A stretch of DNA of 64,000 bases, filler included, from Reclinomonas americana ATCC 50394 (GCA_048213135.1; 15 parts of 15 records of this genome joined end to end with filler, not necessarily neighbours in it), one strand, 5' to 3'. Positions 1 to 12,459 are shown, counted from the first letter of the whole stretch. Translations and numbers: made by a program. The notes: generated from the letters alone by a model not told the origin.

Positions 1-161
1 CAACAAGTCGGTGGCGGTGAGTGTGTTTTTGTGTGGCATGAGGAGGAGAGGGGAAGATGGGGAAGTCAGGAGGGGTTCTGTGGGAAACGGGGGTATAAGG
101 GAAGAAAGGGGAAGGGAGATGCATGCTTGTGAGTATTTATGTCTTTTGCAATGTCTGACCG

Positions 162-551
162 TGTTGTTGTTGTTGTTGTTGTTCTTCTTGTTCTCCTTGT
201 TCTTCTTCTTCTTCTTCTTCTTCTTCTTCTTCTTCTTCTTCATCATCTTCTTGTTCTTCTTGTTCTTCGTGTTCTTCTTCTTTTGTTCTTGTTCTTGTTC
301 TTCTACTTCTTCTTCTTCTTCTTCGTCCTCTACTTCTTCGTCTTCTTTGTGTTCTTCTTCTTCTCCTTCTTCTTCTCCTCCTCCTCCTATTCTTCTTCTT
401 CTTCTCCTCCTCCTCCTCCTCCTCCTCTTTCTTCTGCTTGTTCTTCTTCTTCTTCTTCTTCTTCTCCTTCTTCTCCTTCTTCTTGTTCTTGTTCTTGCTC
501 TTGCACTTGCTCTTCTTCCTCCCTTGTTTTTCCTCCTCGTCCTCCTCCTCC
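162..551. repeat. Degenerate (TTC/TTG/CTC)n trinucleotide microsatellite, probably filling a + strand intron
   Basis: Tandem ttc/ttg/ctc runs. A gtgagt donor-like site lies near 17 and a gccacgcag acceptor ends at 589. The long ORFs here are low-complexity read-through of the repeat. Confidence 0.85.
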
Positions 552-589
552 ACTTGTGTTGCTCTCCATTGCTGACTGCCGCCACGCAG

Positions 590-1038
590 GAAAACATGTC
601 CAAGGTCACCAACTTGCATCGCACAGGTTTGCTCGTCATCGTGCTGTCGTTCTCCTAATGTACACTGACGCGCGCTCACCCCCCCGTCTAGTGAGCATCC
701 AGTACGCCGACATTGAGGGGTGCGTCCTACATGCCTGTCTCTCTCCTCTTCTCGCACTTGCTTACCTTCTCTCTCCCTCCCCTCTCTTCTCATGGACACA
801 GATTGCTCAGGTTCTGGCATTATTGCTGTGTGCATGTGAGATGCAATGTGCTTCTCCTCTCTGACCGTTCGTTGTTCGCGATTGCAGGAAGAACTGTGCA
901 CTGGCGACAGTGTGGTACGAGGTGCGTGCGATATGCATAGTTGAGCATGCGTGCAATCTGCCCGCCCTCATCCGTCATTGCGCAGGTCAAGCGTCGCGTT
1001 CCTCCAAACGAAGCGGCGGCTCCCGCCAGCGGCGGTCG
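590..1038 (+). CDS. Fragment of an unidentified multi-exon gene (about 5 short exons)
   Basis: Series of short segments bounded by cag/tag acceptors and gt donors (ENMSKVTNLHRT, VSIQYADIEG, LLRFWHYC...). No family recognised. Confidence 0.35.
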
Positions 1039-1482
1039 GTAAGCAACACCGTTCTCGACAAAGGCAGCATTTGGAAAATTATCACCGCGCGGCCACACTG
1101 TAATAGATTGTGTGTGCGCCGCGCCGTCCGATCCATTACGGCAAGTGTAAACTTTTACAAATCACTCCTCACTCGTCCCTCACTCAAGGAACAGAATGCG
1201 GCTCCATAGCGTGCCGAGGAGACGCTCGCGAACCCTCGGATGTCTCGATGCACCAAACAGCGCAAGCACAATTACAACAACAGCAATGGCAGGGGCACTG
1301 ATGAACACACAGTGAGACAAGACATCCTGCCACAGGCTGTGATCCTTGCGAGCGCAACGTACCGTCTTCTCAACGCTCGCGACAGATGACTCGCCAGGCT
1401 TGCAGACTGCACAACAGGGAGACCAGTGGGAGTCTGAACGCAAGGGGAGTGAGTCACCGCGTCATCAGCAGGGCACACTTCG

Positions 1483-1969
1483 TCACACACGCACCGCTTT
1501 CCCATTTGAGGCAAAGTGTACAACAGGGCGCGATGGCTGCTGGTCAGGTGGTGGTGTGACAGGAACGAGAAGCGGTCGAGTGCTCTTGCCGGTGTCGATT
1601 ACCGATGCAGGGGAAGGGCGGACTACAGTTGACATCCACACATCAGTGAGCTCTTCCACGCAAAAAAAAAATGGAGGGAGCGACGAGAACACGCACCGAG
1701 TGGAGGCACTTGCGACGCGGCGGCGGTGGCCGCGGGCAAGATAATGGGTGGTGATCGCAAATCGCCTCGTGCATTCAGCGCCAGTGCAATGTCCCATTCG
1801 TGGTCGCGCAAAACAGGTTCCACCTCGGCACGTGACAAGTGCGGGCGAGAATGTAATGGTGGTGGAGGCGACGATGCGTTACGCGCGGAAGGCAGCGGCG
1901 GAGGTGCGGTTGTGTCAGGGCGGGGACCGAATGCGTGCATAATGTCCCAGTGGTCGTTGTCGCGCGTCT
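1483..1969 (-). CDS. 3' part of a hypothetical gene with a UBA/CUE-like helical motif
   Basis: Exon after a pyrimidine tract and ctcag acceptor encodes PHLSRAEVEPVLRDHEWDIALALNA, which resembles the CUE/UBA-like consensus. Confidence 0.3.
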
Positions 1970-2049
1970 GAGCGGGGGCAAGGGAGGGAGAGGGCAAGTG
2001 AGAAGGAGGGTAGGCGAGAGAAATGGGAAAGGAGGACAAGATCGGAAAA

Positions 2050-2149
2050 NNNNNNNNNNNNNNNNNNNNNNNNNNNNNNNNNNNNNNNNNNNNTTAATTA
2101 ATTAANNNNNNNNNNNNNNNNNNNNNNNNNNNNNNNNNNNNNNNNNNNN
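2050..2149. other. Artificial assembly spacer N44-TTAATTAATTAA-N44 (first of 14)
   Basis: Identical 100-bp spacers with a six-frame stop linker start at 2050, 4857, 7476, 21996, 24112, 28015, 45502, 47664, 49472, 51860, 54111, 56188, 59946 and 62070. Confidence 0.98.
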
Positions 2150-4807
2150 CTCTTCCTCGTCGGCCACTGCATGACGATGATGATGATGATGTTGGGTCGC
2201 GGCGTGTACGACGGGTTGAGGCTGCTCGTCGTCGTCGTCGTCCTCCTCCTCCTCCTCTTCATCTTCGTCATCCCCCGTGGACACACCAGCAGCAGCGGCG
2301 GTGACGAGTCGCAGTGGTACCGGATCATCGGCACCCCACTCTTCCTCACTGTACGTACTGCTATTGGCATCACCAGCTGCACCAACGGCGATGAGGCGAA
2401 TCGGGCGCGCATCATCGGCACGCCACTCGCTCTCGCTGTGCGAGCGGCGCAGCGCCGGCGATTCACGCTCCGTCTCTTCCTCCTCGTCCTCCTCTTCTTC
2501 CTCCTCTTCGTCCTCCTCCCGAACAAAGCTGACCGTTCGCAGGCGCTCGCCGGGTGAACCTGACGACGCACTGGCTGCGGCGGCGGCGGCAGTTTCGCGC
2601 AGTCGTCGCTGGTACCGAGAACCGGCGGCCACCACAGCGATCTGCGGTTGCGAATGTGAACCGTCATCGTCGCTGCTGTTGCTGCTATTGTCGCTGCCGT
2701 CCTGATCGCGTTCATCGTGCTCCACCGTGTTGTCCGTGATGTCATGATCCTGCTCTTCATCCTCGACGCGGAGGGGGTGGCGGCGGTCAACGTCGTCGTC
2801 ATCGTCGCCATCTCCGTCTTGCTCGCGAGAGACGTCGGTGGCCATCGGGGAGCGCAGTGGGGTGCGAATGGGGGACTGGCGAGGAGGGAAAGGGCGAGTG
2901 AGGAAAGGGTGAGTGAGTGGGGAAAGGGTGAGTGGGGAAAGGGTGAGTAGGGAGAGGGGCGAGTGGGGTAAGGGCAAAGAGCGAAAGGGAGAGTGGAGAC
3001 AAGACGAGTAAGGAGAAAGGACATGGGGATAGAGTGAATCGCGCAGTACGAGAAGAGTTAGGTAAGAAGGAAAGGTCGAGTAGGGAAACGGTGAAGCGAG
3101 TAGGGAAAGGGCGAGTGAGGAAAGGTGAGCAGTGAAAGGGCAGGTGGGAAAGGGTGAGGAGGGAAAATGCGAGTGTGGAGAGCGTGAGTGGACAAAGGGC
3201 ATGGGGATAGGGTGAATCGCGCAGGTGAGTAAGAAAGGACGAGTAGGAAAGGTCGAGTAGGGAAACGGTGAACAGGAAAAGGTGAGTAGGGAAAAGGGTG
3301 AGTTCGGAGAGGGTGAACAGAGAATGGGCAAGTGGGCAAAGAGCGAACGGGAGAAAGGAGACAGGACGAGTGTGGAGAAAGGATATGGGGATAGGGTGAA
3401 TCGCGCAGGTGAGTAAGAAAGGACGAGTAGGAAAGGGTGACTAGATGGGAAAGAGCGAGTAGGGAAAGGGAAAGGGCGAGTGTAGAATGGTGAGCAGTGA
3501 AAGGGCAGGGGGAAAAGGGTAAGTTAGGAAAGGGCGAATAGGGACTCTCAGAGCGAATAGCGATTTCAAAGGGTGAATAGGTAAAGGGTGAGTGCGGGGA
3601 AAGGGCGAGAAGAGAAAGGGCGAGTGGGGGAAGGGTGCGTGGGGAAAGCAACTAAAAAAGAGTCTGAACTCACATCAGTTGTCAATCCGCTGTCATCTTC
3701 ATCATCATCCTCCTCTTCGTCATCATCCGCATCGTCGTCATCTTCGTCGTCGTCGTCATCGGCAACTGCTGAAGGTTGATCACCAGGTGCCGCGACCTGC
3801 AGTATTCGCAAGTCAGTTATCCAGTCCAGGCGGCACACCACCCTGCTTTCATGAAGCACGTCACCACAGAAGCAGACAAGGCGCCCATGGAGGCGTTGAA
3901 GGCGAAGCTATCAAATGTTGAGTTGGCCGATAGATTCACTGCGTGAGGCAGGCGCGGTTGAGTTGTTTGTTAGTGACGAACTGGGAAGGCCAGCAGCATG
4001 CATACCATCGCTGTGTCCGGCGAACGAACTGTCGGGAGAGCGTTCTGTGTGCAGGCAAGGCGAAGGCGATTGAGTGTGAGGAAATGAGATAAGTGCAAAT
4101 GGTTGGGAATGCACAGTTCAATACTCACGATCAGCAGCACCTGCAGTCGCCACTGGCGAGAGGCCGCCCACCGCTGATATCGCAGGCGCCGGTGTCGGTG
4201 AGGCGAACAGTTGCCGATTGCTCGGAGAAGCTATCGAAGAACAACACATTGAGCGGCTCGTGCCAGAGAGTAAGGTACGCTGCATTTGTGCAAAATACTG
4301 ACCTTGTTCGGCGCCGTTGTCTCGCGCGGCTTCGTCGAAACGATGGGCGAGATTGAGTGGCGTGCGCACCGTTTCCACTGTAGCGTGTGGGTGTGAGCAG
4401 AGAGAAGACTCACAAGGAAAATAAATGGAGACACACCGCGCGGTGACGCCGAGGAGACCAGTGGCGGCGACGCTGTTGCTGCGACAAACGGCGACCGCGT
4501 AAAGTCGTCGAGGAGTGTGCTGACTCGATTGCGCAGCACCTGCAATCGCGATTGCTGATCCGAGACATAGTCCTGCGAACATGATTGATGCGCAGATCAG
4601 TTGCTGCGAATGAAACTCGTGTGTTCAGCACAATTTACCTCACACGCCGACTGCCGAGCTTTGAGCCCGGCAAAGTTGGTCTTCCAGTCGTCCAGCATCT
4701 CACGCAGCAGACGACGATCGCCATCGGAGAGCCGACGCACCGGAGACGAATCAACAGACAAGTCATCCAGTGCGTCGATATCCGCCGGTTGTGTCCGCGA
4801 CGGGTAC
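2150..4807 (-). CDS. Partial multi-exon hypothetical protein with a short coiled segment and a very acidic (D/E-rich) low-complexity region
   Basis: GT-AG-bounded exons join in frame (RLLREMLDDWKTNFAGLKARQSACE / DYVSDQQSRLQVLRNRVSTLL / ... / VAAPGDQPSAVADDDDDEDDD / QDGDGDDDD...). Both ends are truncated by spacers. Confidence 0.55.
2878..3650. repeat. Purine-rich compound satellite: short gggaaagg(g/t)cgagtag-like units nested in an ~180-bp higher-order repeat
   Basis: The block atggggatag(a/g)gtgaatcgcgcag recurs near 3023, 3201 and 3385, with many GGGAAAGGG subunits between. Confidence 0.85.
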
Positions 4808-4984
4808 CTGCGCATGAGAAGCAGCGTGATGAGCTCAAGACAACACCCTCTTACGCNNNNNNNNNNNNNNNNNNNNNNNNNNNNNNNNNNNNNNNNNNNN
4901 TTAATTAATTAANNNNNNNNNNNNNNNNNNNNNNNNNNNNNNNNNNNNNNNNNNNNATTTGCACACGCACGCACGCACACACAG

Positions 4985-7321
4985 ACACGTTCTGCTACTC
5001 GACATCAAGGATCGCGCGTTCCGTGCACGACCCATTCCGCTGCGGCAATCACGAGCATTCGTGTACCGTGACCTTGTGCTGTCGGAGCTGGGACGGAGCC
5101 CGCTGGAGGTCGACGAAGACGCGCTCACCAGCTTGCTGGTCAAGGAGGTGCGGATGGGTGTGTCTGTGTGTGTGCGGGGTGTGCGGACCTGCCTTTTTAG
5201 TAACAATATCTCGCCGTCACAGGTCGATGACATGATCAAAGAGGCGACCGCCAAAGCACCACCCGCGGATGTGCTCGAGCGACACCCGAGCCTGCGACTA
5301 CCACTCATTCGGTTACGAGTCGACTACACTGGCGGCTATCTGTCACTCCTGCCGCAGCGGTTCGGGCAGCGCTACGTCGGCAAGGTGAGTCATGCTCGGA
5401 ATTGGCGGACTGCTCACCTCGGGCTCACGTGCTGCACGAGCTCCACAGGTGGCCAATCCCACCGATGTGGTCTCGTTCATCCGTCGCACCACGCGGCGTC
5501 CCACGCAGACGCTTCCCTCGGTGGTGGTGCCGCCCGTGATGCATGGCGATGAGGGCGAGGTGCGTGTGCTGCTTCGTTCTGAGAAGTGTTCTCGCCGCGT
5601 CTCACAGCAGGTGCGAGCAGGGCAGCGGTGTACGGATCGAGGACATGGTGCTCGACTACTTGGCACAGGATGCCGCAGGTCTGCGAGTGTTGGAGAGCGC
5701 CGATCTCACAGAGGCGTTGCGCGAGTTCGTGGATAAGGACAGTGCCGGTGCATTTGCAACGTACGTACTTGTGGTTTCTTCGTGCGCGCAGTGGTCGGCG
5801 TGTGTGTCTCACACAAGGCGAAACAGCAAGGTCAACGCCCAGCTGGAGGCGCGTCAAAAGCTGGTGTGGAGCATGTGGAAGCGCAAGCAAGTGTCGGATG
5901 CCGACAAGACCGAAGACGACGTGAAGAAAATAGTTGTGTCGGCCTCTGCAGTCGGTGTTTGTTTTAAGAAAACGCTGCTGACGTTCATGGTGTAGGTCGA
6001 TGAGATTCTGGACGAAAGTGCAGAGGCACGGAGGCAGCAGGCCACAACTGACACCGCGAGTGCCCGATCATCGGCGGCACCGGCGCTCAAAGGTGCTGCC
6101 GAGGGCGGCGATCGGCGGGACGACGAAGATGGCGACAGCGACGCACCACCAGTCTCGGTTGCGTACCGTACCGCAGCAAGCGTAACGCACGTGCTGTAGT
6201 CTCACTCCGCACCACTCGCGCAGCACATTCCGCTGCTGGGCAGATCGGCGCTTGGCGACGACGACGATGGTGGAGCAGGCGAGGATGAAGACGAGGCACC
6301 GAAGAAAGGCGGTGGCAAGAAAGCAGCCGGCAAGAGAGCGACAGCCGCTGCGCCGCGCAAGACGGCTGCAGCGTCCAGAAAGAAGGAGGTGGTGGCTGAC
6401 GAGGACGACGCAGAGAGCGACTTTGGCGACTCCAAATCAGTGGTGAGTGAGCTCGGGTTGTCGGCTACACTTCCGGCATCGCTGCTCATGATCATCATCT
6501 GTGGTTGCAGTCTGGGAAAAAGGGTCGTGGCAAGGCGGCGCCGGCGGCACGCGGAAAAAAGGCCGCGAGTAGTGGTGGAAAGAAGGCGGCGGCTGCGACC
6601 AAGACAGCTGGTCGAAAGCGCGCTCGCGCACAACAGTGCGTTTGGTCGTCGATGTGCGAAATGTTGCCACTTGATCTCATTCACCGTCAGCAGATCCGAG
6701 GACGATGACGACGACGGTGATGACGGTCATGACAGCGATGTGAGCGAGGTCGTCGTGCCGCCATCAAAAGCCGCACCACCGGTTCGTTTGTTCGTGCGCA
6801 TCTCCTCCCTCACGCCGGCGACTCAGATCACATGCGTTTAAAAAAACAGCGACGTGCGGCAGCCGCAGCCGCAGTCGCAGCCATGAGTGAACCGATGGAC
6901 CAAGACGACGATGTCGTGGTGCTGGGCGACGGCGACGATGATTTCGAACCGGTCGCCAAGTCGCGCAAGAAGAGTGCCAGGTTCGTATACGCGCACAATG
7001 TGTGTGCGTTGCATCCCAACACAACACCCACCGTTGATCATTCTCGCAGTCAATCGGCGTCCTCTTCCCGAGGAGGTGGTCGACGCAGCGGTCGAGTTTC
7101 GTGAAAGATTATCATCGCTCTGCGCACTCCTGTTTCTTCTCTTCCTTCTCACCGTACCGCCCGCAACGTATCAGAGCGACGACGAGTATGAAGACGTGGA
7201 CGAGGACGACGATGTCAACGTCTCCAATCGCCCGCTAGAGCCGTCGACCGGTACAAGTACGCAAAAGAGTGTGAGGCAAGAGTACGGGCAGGCCCGAGGG
7301 GGGCGCGCACGTCGAATGTAG
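4985..7321 (+). CDS. MRE11: MRE11 double-strand-break repair nuclease, C-terminal part (5' truncated), multi-exon
   Basis: Spliced sequence contains HVLLLDIKDRAFRARPIPL and [39 protein letters not shown] (Mre11 capping/DNA-binding domain), then ALREFVDKD and a charged disordered tail ending GGRARRM*. Confidence 0.93.
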
Positions 7322-7377
7322 TTGTTCTCTGTCGGCATCGACATTCTAGAATGTCTACATTGATACCTGTTTTTTCA

Positions 7378-7906
7378 ACCTTCGAGTCGCGAAGCTTCGA
7401 TGGCGGTCACAGCTGCCATGGCCGCCTCCAGCTCGGCCATTTGCCGACTACGAGAGGGCGGTGATGCGGCTGCGTNNNNNNNNNNNNNNNNNNNNNNNNN
7501 NNNNNNNNNNNNNNNNNNNTTAATTAATTAANNNNNNNNNNNNNNNNNNNNNNNNNNNNNNNNNNNNNNNNNNNNACGTGCATGCACGAGCACATACACG
7601 TACCCCTCATTAATGTCATCGAATTCAAACTTGGTCAGTTGTGCCAGTGTACGACCGTGGCGTTCCTCGGCCTCCACACGCGCAAGCACAAACTGCGCCA
7701 GTGTCTTGGTCTTGGCGGCACCCTGCTTGATCTGGTTCAAGCACAGCTCCATGTGATCCTGCGCGTGTTGGTGTGAGACTTTCTGTGCGAGGGCAGAAAT
7801 AAACACACACACGCGCGCGCGCACACGACGCAACCCATAGCTCGGAGCGGTAGGAAGGACCCGGCATCATGAGCCCGGCAGAAGACGTGTGTGTCTCCGA
7901 TGCCAT
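7378..7906 (-). CDS. F-BAR/FCH-domain protein (N-terminal exons at 7604-7906; probable last exon at 7378-7475 across a gap)
   Basis: SYRSELW|DHMELCLNQIKQGAAKTKTLAQFVLARVEAEERHGRTLAQLTK fits the FCH pattern (LW...G...L..F...R...E.....L..L). The link to the 7378-7475 exon is inferred. Confidence 0.72.
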
Positions 7907-8147
7907 GATGGGTGCGTGAAAGTTGGCGACGGTCGATTTCCCGCCCGCGAGCCGTAGTCAATTGTTCGCGGTGACGTGGTGCGTTTCTCGGCGTTTTGAC
8001 AGTGTATTGCGCGACAGAGCATAATCCTCCTTTCTCTTCAACTCCTTGTGTGTCTCCGCCTGATTGCTGCGTGCTGATCTCACACTCTCGCACCTTCCAC
8101 TCCTGTGCTCGATCGCATCGCTGCTCCTCCTTTCGTGAGTTTGCACC

Positions 8148-9140
8148 ATGGACGACGTTTACAAGCCGTTTATTGGCGCGCGTCGCGACAATGTGCACAA
8201 CATCCTGCTGGTGCCGAAGACAGTGGGCCACGCGCGTCCGTCCACCTATGACTTGCCCGACGAAGACTTTGTGTATGGGCACAAAAATCCGGCGCAGACC
8301 GAAACTGCCAAGGACGGTAAGACAGCGGGCGAGTGCTTTTGTTATATATGTGTGTGTGTGCATGATTGCATCATCATCTTAATCATTCATTCGTTGCCAG
8401 TGTCTCTCACCTGGCAAGAGTTCAACCCGAAGAAGGTGAAGAGTGCCGGCATCAACAACTTCATCAAGACCAACAAGACGTGCGTTGCCGAGAAGGTCCT
8501 CACGTCCAAGGAGGTACTGGCAGTGTGCGACCATGGCTACCGCCCCAGCACACACACTCACTGTGAAGCCGCTGCAGGTGGGCGACTTTCGGCGAACACG
8601 CGAGTTGCCCAAGGTGCCGCAAGGAGTGCGTCCTGCGCGGAAGGATGAGCGACCGGCGGTGCTGCGCGATCCCGGCCACGTGTTTGGCAAGGCTGAGCCG
8701 TTGCGTTGGCACACAAGGCTCGTCGTGCACACAGTGTGACGCTCACCTCTCTCCACGTCTATTCTGCACGCAGACCGTCAGTGCCGGCCAAAAAGGTGAT
8801 TGAGGCGGACTTCCAGCTCGACTGGGTCAATGAGCAAATCCGACAGCAGCAGGAGGAGCTGACCAAGTCCTCAGTTGCGCACACGCGGTACAAGCAACAG
8901 TTCCGCGCACCACTTCTATTTCACTCAACAACACACATCCCGCGTCCACAGAAGCGATCCGCGGGGCGGAGGCGGTCACTCGACCTGGCACCAAGCGCAC
9001 CACTGCGCCACCGCCGGACCGAGGAGGATGACGACACGGAGGAGCACTCCAAGGCCGTGTCGGAATTCAAGATGAAAAAGTTCTTGAGCGTCGAGCCGCG
9101 AGTTAGCACCCGACGAAACTCGCCGCCGGCGCACACATGA
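8148..9140 (+). CDS. CFAP77: Cilia- and flagella-associated protein 77 (C9orf171-like), 4 exons
   Basis: NILLVPKTVGHARPSTYDLPDEDFVYG, NFIKTNK...LTSKEVGDFR and FGKAEP-PSVP match conserved CFAP77 blocks. Confidence 0.85.
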
Positions 9141-9269
9141 GGAGAGAGAGAGGCATGCACACATAATGTGCACACACCATACGCAGCGTCTCCTGCTTCG
9201 CCGTCGCCCTCTTGCGTCGTCCATGCGCACTCGCCACTTAATGTACATCTTGTTCCGAGGTTGTTGACG

Positions 9270-10235
9270 CTATCGTCGCCGTCGATACTGTGGCTGCTGC
9301 TGCTGTTGGTGCTGCCGGTGCTCTCGTTCTCTGTCACCTTGCCTCTGCCGCGGAGGTGGTGGGGGTGGCGGTGGCGGTGGTGGAGGCGTCGGAATGGCCG
9401 CAGTCGACGCGGCCACAGCCTTAGTGACATTGTGCAGCTGCCAGTGCCGCATGCGGTCCTTCTGACGCGCCATGGCCGACGACACATCTTCCGGTGCCAC
9501 TCCGCGCGCCACTCTCGACGACACGAACACCGGTTCGTGCAGCAGTGCATTCACCTGCGCGCACAGGCAACTTCGAATTCACACCAAGCGATCGCATCCC
9601 ACACAGCACAAGCCTGCGTACGCAACTCGTGGATCCCGACTCCGATGCCGCTGCTTCTCGTCGTGAGCGACAGCTCTTCTCGTCTCTCGATGCTTGCCTG
9701 GCACCACGCCGCGACCATTCTCGTGCTCATCAACGTGCTTCAAGCGTTCCGAGCGCGGCACGGACAACTTGGCTGCCGACATCCCTCAGACACACTCTCA
9801 AGTACGTCACAAGCACATCACAAGAACACACACCTCGCAACGCTGCCACAGCCGCAGAGCACGTCTCTGTTGCCTCCTCAGTGTGCGGTCGCTTCTTTGG
9901 TGGTGATTGCGAGTGATCATCATCGTCTTCTGCTGCTCATCATCATCAGAAACATGCACACCAGCTCCCCCTCACAGTCGCGCGTGCTGAACCTGCGGAG
10001 ATGGACGAAGAAGAGGAGCCATCGCTGCTGCTATCGTCGTCATTGTCGTCTGCGGATCAGGTTGAGTCTCACTCGTACGAGAGAGAGAGAAGAGAGTGAA
10101 GGGAGGACCGTGCGTGTCGTCTTCAATGACAACGCGGTGGCGTTTTGGTGGCCCACTGAGACCACGCTCGGCTCGACTGACATACGGTTGCACTGTGATG
10201 CCCTCGATCACTGCTGGTGTGCTCGACACCGACAT
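9270..10235 (-). CDS. Hypothetical multi-exon protein with a Pro/Gln-rich C-terminus
   Basis: ATG at 10235 (MSVSSTPAVIEG...), GT-AG introns, and a last exon VNALLHEPVFVSSRV...QQQQQPQYRRRR*. Confidence 0.5.
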
Positions 10236-10274
10236 CTCAACAAGCTTGCAAGCAGGACAACTTTTTTATCAAAC

Positions 10275-12459
10275 TCATACCCATACGCCGAGCAGCGACA
10301 TGACGCCAGCGCCCAGCAGCACCTGCCGAGGTGGTGAGTGAGGAGGCGACTGGACATGCACATCACGTGGGGGGAAAAGGGACGAACCAGGGAGAGACGC
10401 CACCAAAAGTGGTCGTACTTGACCTCCTTTGCAACGACTTCGGAGAAGCCCTGTGAATGCGTGTCGCGAGTCGTGAGGCGCTGCATGCGGGTATCAGCAC
10501 GTCACGGAGGTCAAGCGCCGCAACTACGAATATGAACGTGCCGGAGGCCAGCCCCGTGAGAATGCCCTCGAGGAGGGTGGTGGTGTCGGCTGCCGCTCTG
10601 CGAACGACGCGTAAACACAATGACAAAGCCAGCCAGCCAGCCAGCAGCGACAACAGCAACAAGGACGACGCAACAGGTCAGTCGCCAACATGCCGGCAGC
10701 GACTCCGAGAGGAGTGGCGACTGAAACTGTGGCACCCATAAGTGTGAAAAAAACTGCAGACATGATGGCATGGCCAGCAGGGAAAATGGAGAGGCACGCA
10801 ACAGACGACGAGAAGCGAGTAGATGGCACACAACGACAGCGGTGACGAGGCCATACGAGCGCCGAGTGCGTACGATGCCAACAGCTTGTGCGCGATAATG
10901 GCAATGAACACTCCCTGCACGAGTTTTTTTTTCGTGAGTCTCACAGGCGACCACAATCGCACACGAGCTGGAGGTGCGCACCTGTGTGTTTTCCAGCTCC
11001 TGCGTGGCGCCGAGCCCGAGACCCTCAAAGAGCTGCATCGTGGGAGTGAATCGGTGCGAACTGCCGACGCTGGGACTATCACCACGCACCGAATGCACTG
11101 CCAGTGCGACAGCGAGAATGAGAGCACTGGCAAAGCTGCGCGTGTGCACCAACATGTCTGCATGATCGTGACAATTCGCCAGTGCACCACCACCGTCGTC
11201 CACGTGCACATGTGGCACTGCAAAAGCGGTGGCGCTGTTGCCGCCGGCGGTGGTGTCGCTGCAGCTGTCACTACTGCGATCACTTTCCACGTCGTCGTCG
11301 ACGCTTTCGTGCAGCGCGTGGCATCCGGCGGTCGCTACCGTAGTGGCGGTGGTGGTGTTCGCTTCCACTGCCACAGTTGTCGCACCTGCAGGGGACGCAG
11401 CTCTTCTCCTCCTCGAGCTCCTCCTCCTCTGCTGTTGTCTGTTCCTTCGCAACGACATATCCTGCAGCGGCACGGCCATGAACGGCGCCGTTGAGCGCCG
11501 GGGAACGGAACGACGAGGCGCGGTCGACGACAGATGATCGACAATCTTCTCCAGCATGAAGATCAACAGGAACCCAATCAGCGCCACAAGCGCAAAGAAG
11601 GGGTAGCCGCCATGCTGACCCGTGTACTGTGCGAACGCCATTTGCGAGTCCGCCAGCAGGTGAACGAAACCACTGCAATCACCACCACAATCAACTGTGT
11701 TACTCCACCGACAGCAACACGACAAAGCTCACGGGATGCACAATGAACCTCGCCATAAACACGCCTGCGCACCGGCGAGCAGTCAAACAACAGCCGCGCA
11801 CAAGCACACACATGCACAACGCACTCCACTCACCACCAGCAAAACAATTGGCCAGACTGAACCACAGTCGCACTCGCGGGCTCAGGCCATCGGGGCTGCG
11901 TGCTGCGCGATCGCCACTGCTCATCTCCTCCGGCTCCAGCTCCCGCCGTCGATGTCTCGTCTGCTGCGCTGTCTCGTTGGTGCGCGGACGATGAAGGTTC
12001 TCCACCGCCGACCACTCCAAATCATCATCATCATCGTCGTCATCCTATGTCAAAAAAAAACGCATACTTAGCGCACGTCCACCAGTGGTCTCACCACAGA
12101 CAACCACCAACACTCACGCGAAACGCATCACAGTCGCCCCCACGAGTGACAGCAGCATTCTGATCGTTGATGGATGCGACTGTCGCTTGTGACGCTGGTG
12201 TTTGTGGTGATGATGATGATGTTGTTGATGATGATGATTGTGAGGAAGACGAGCGACAACATGAACCGCGTCCACGCAGAATGCACACGGGAAGGAAGGA
12301 ACAGAGGAACGAGGAGACGAGGAAAACGACGGCACTGACGATTTTGAAGGTGGAGTTGACGCTGATGCCTTGGCCGCCACTGCCGCCACCGTGCACGCCC
12401 ATCGTTTCTTCGTTAGGCGGAAGAGCGGCACAGACAGAAGGGTCGGAAGAAGAGGACAT
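10275..12459 (-). CDS. ZIP (SLC39/ZRT-IRT) zinc/iron transporter, multi-exon
   Basis: Spliced motifs NCFAGGVFMASGFVHLLADS, ALAVHS-LFEGLGLG, AIIAHK and LASGTFIFV, ending LLGAGVMSLLGVWV*. Confidence 0.93.

Noticed and set aside
11..901. Long ORFs of poly-F/L/S or poly-E/K/R
   Set aside because: Artefacts of a stop-free trinucleotide microsatellite.
2878..3650. CRISPR-like array or telomeric repeat
   Set aside because: Units are degenerate with no unique spacers and no cas genes, and there is no fixed short telomeric monomer.
9168..10337. 389-aa plus-strand ORF and many similar antisense ORFs
   Set aside because: No motifs; shadow ORFs of GC-rich spliced genes on the opposite strand.
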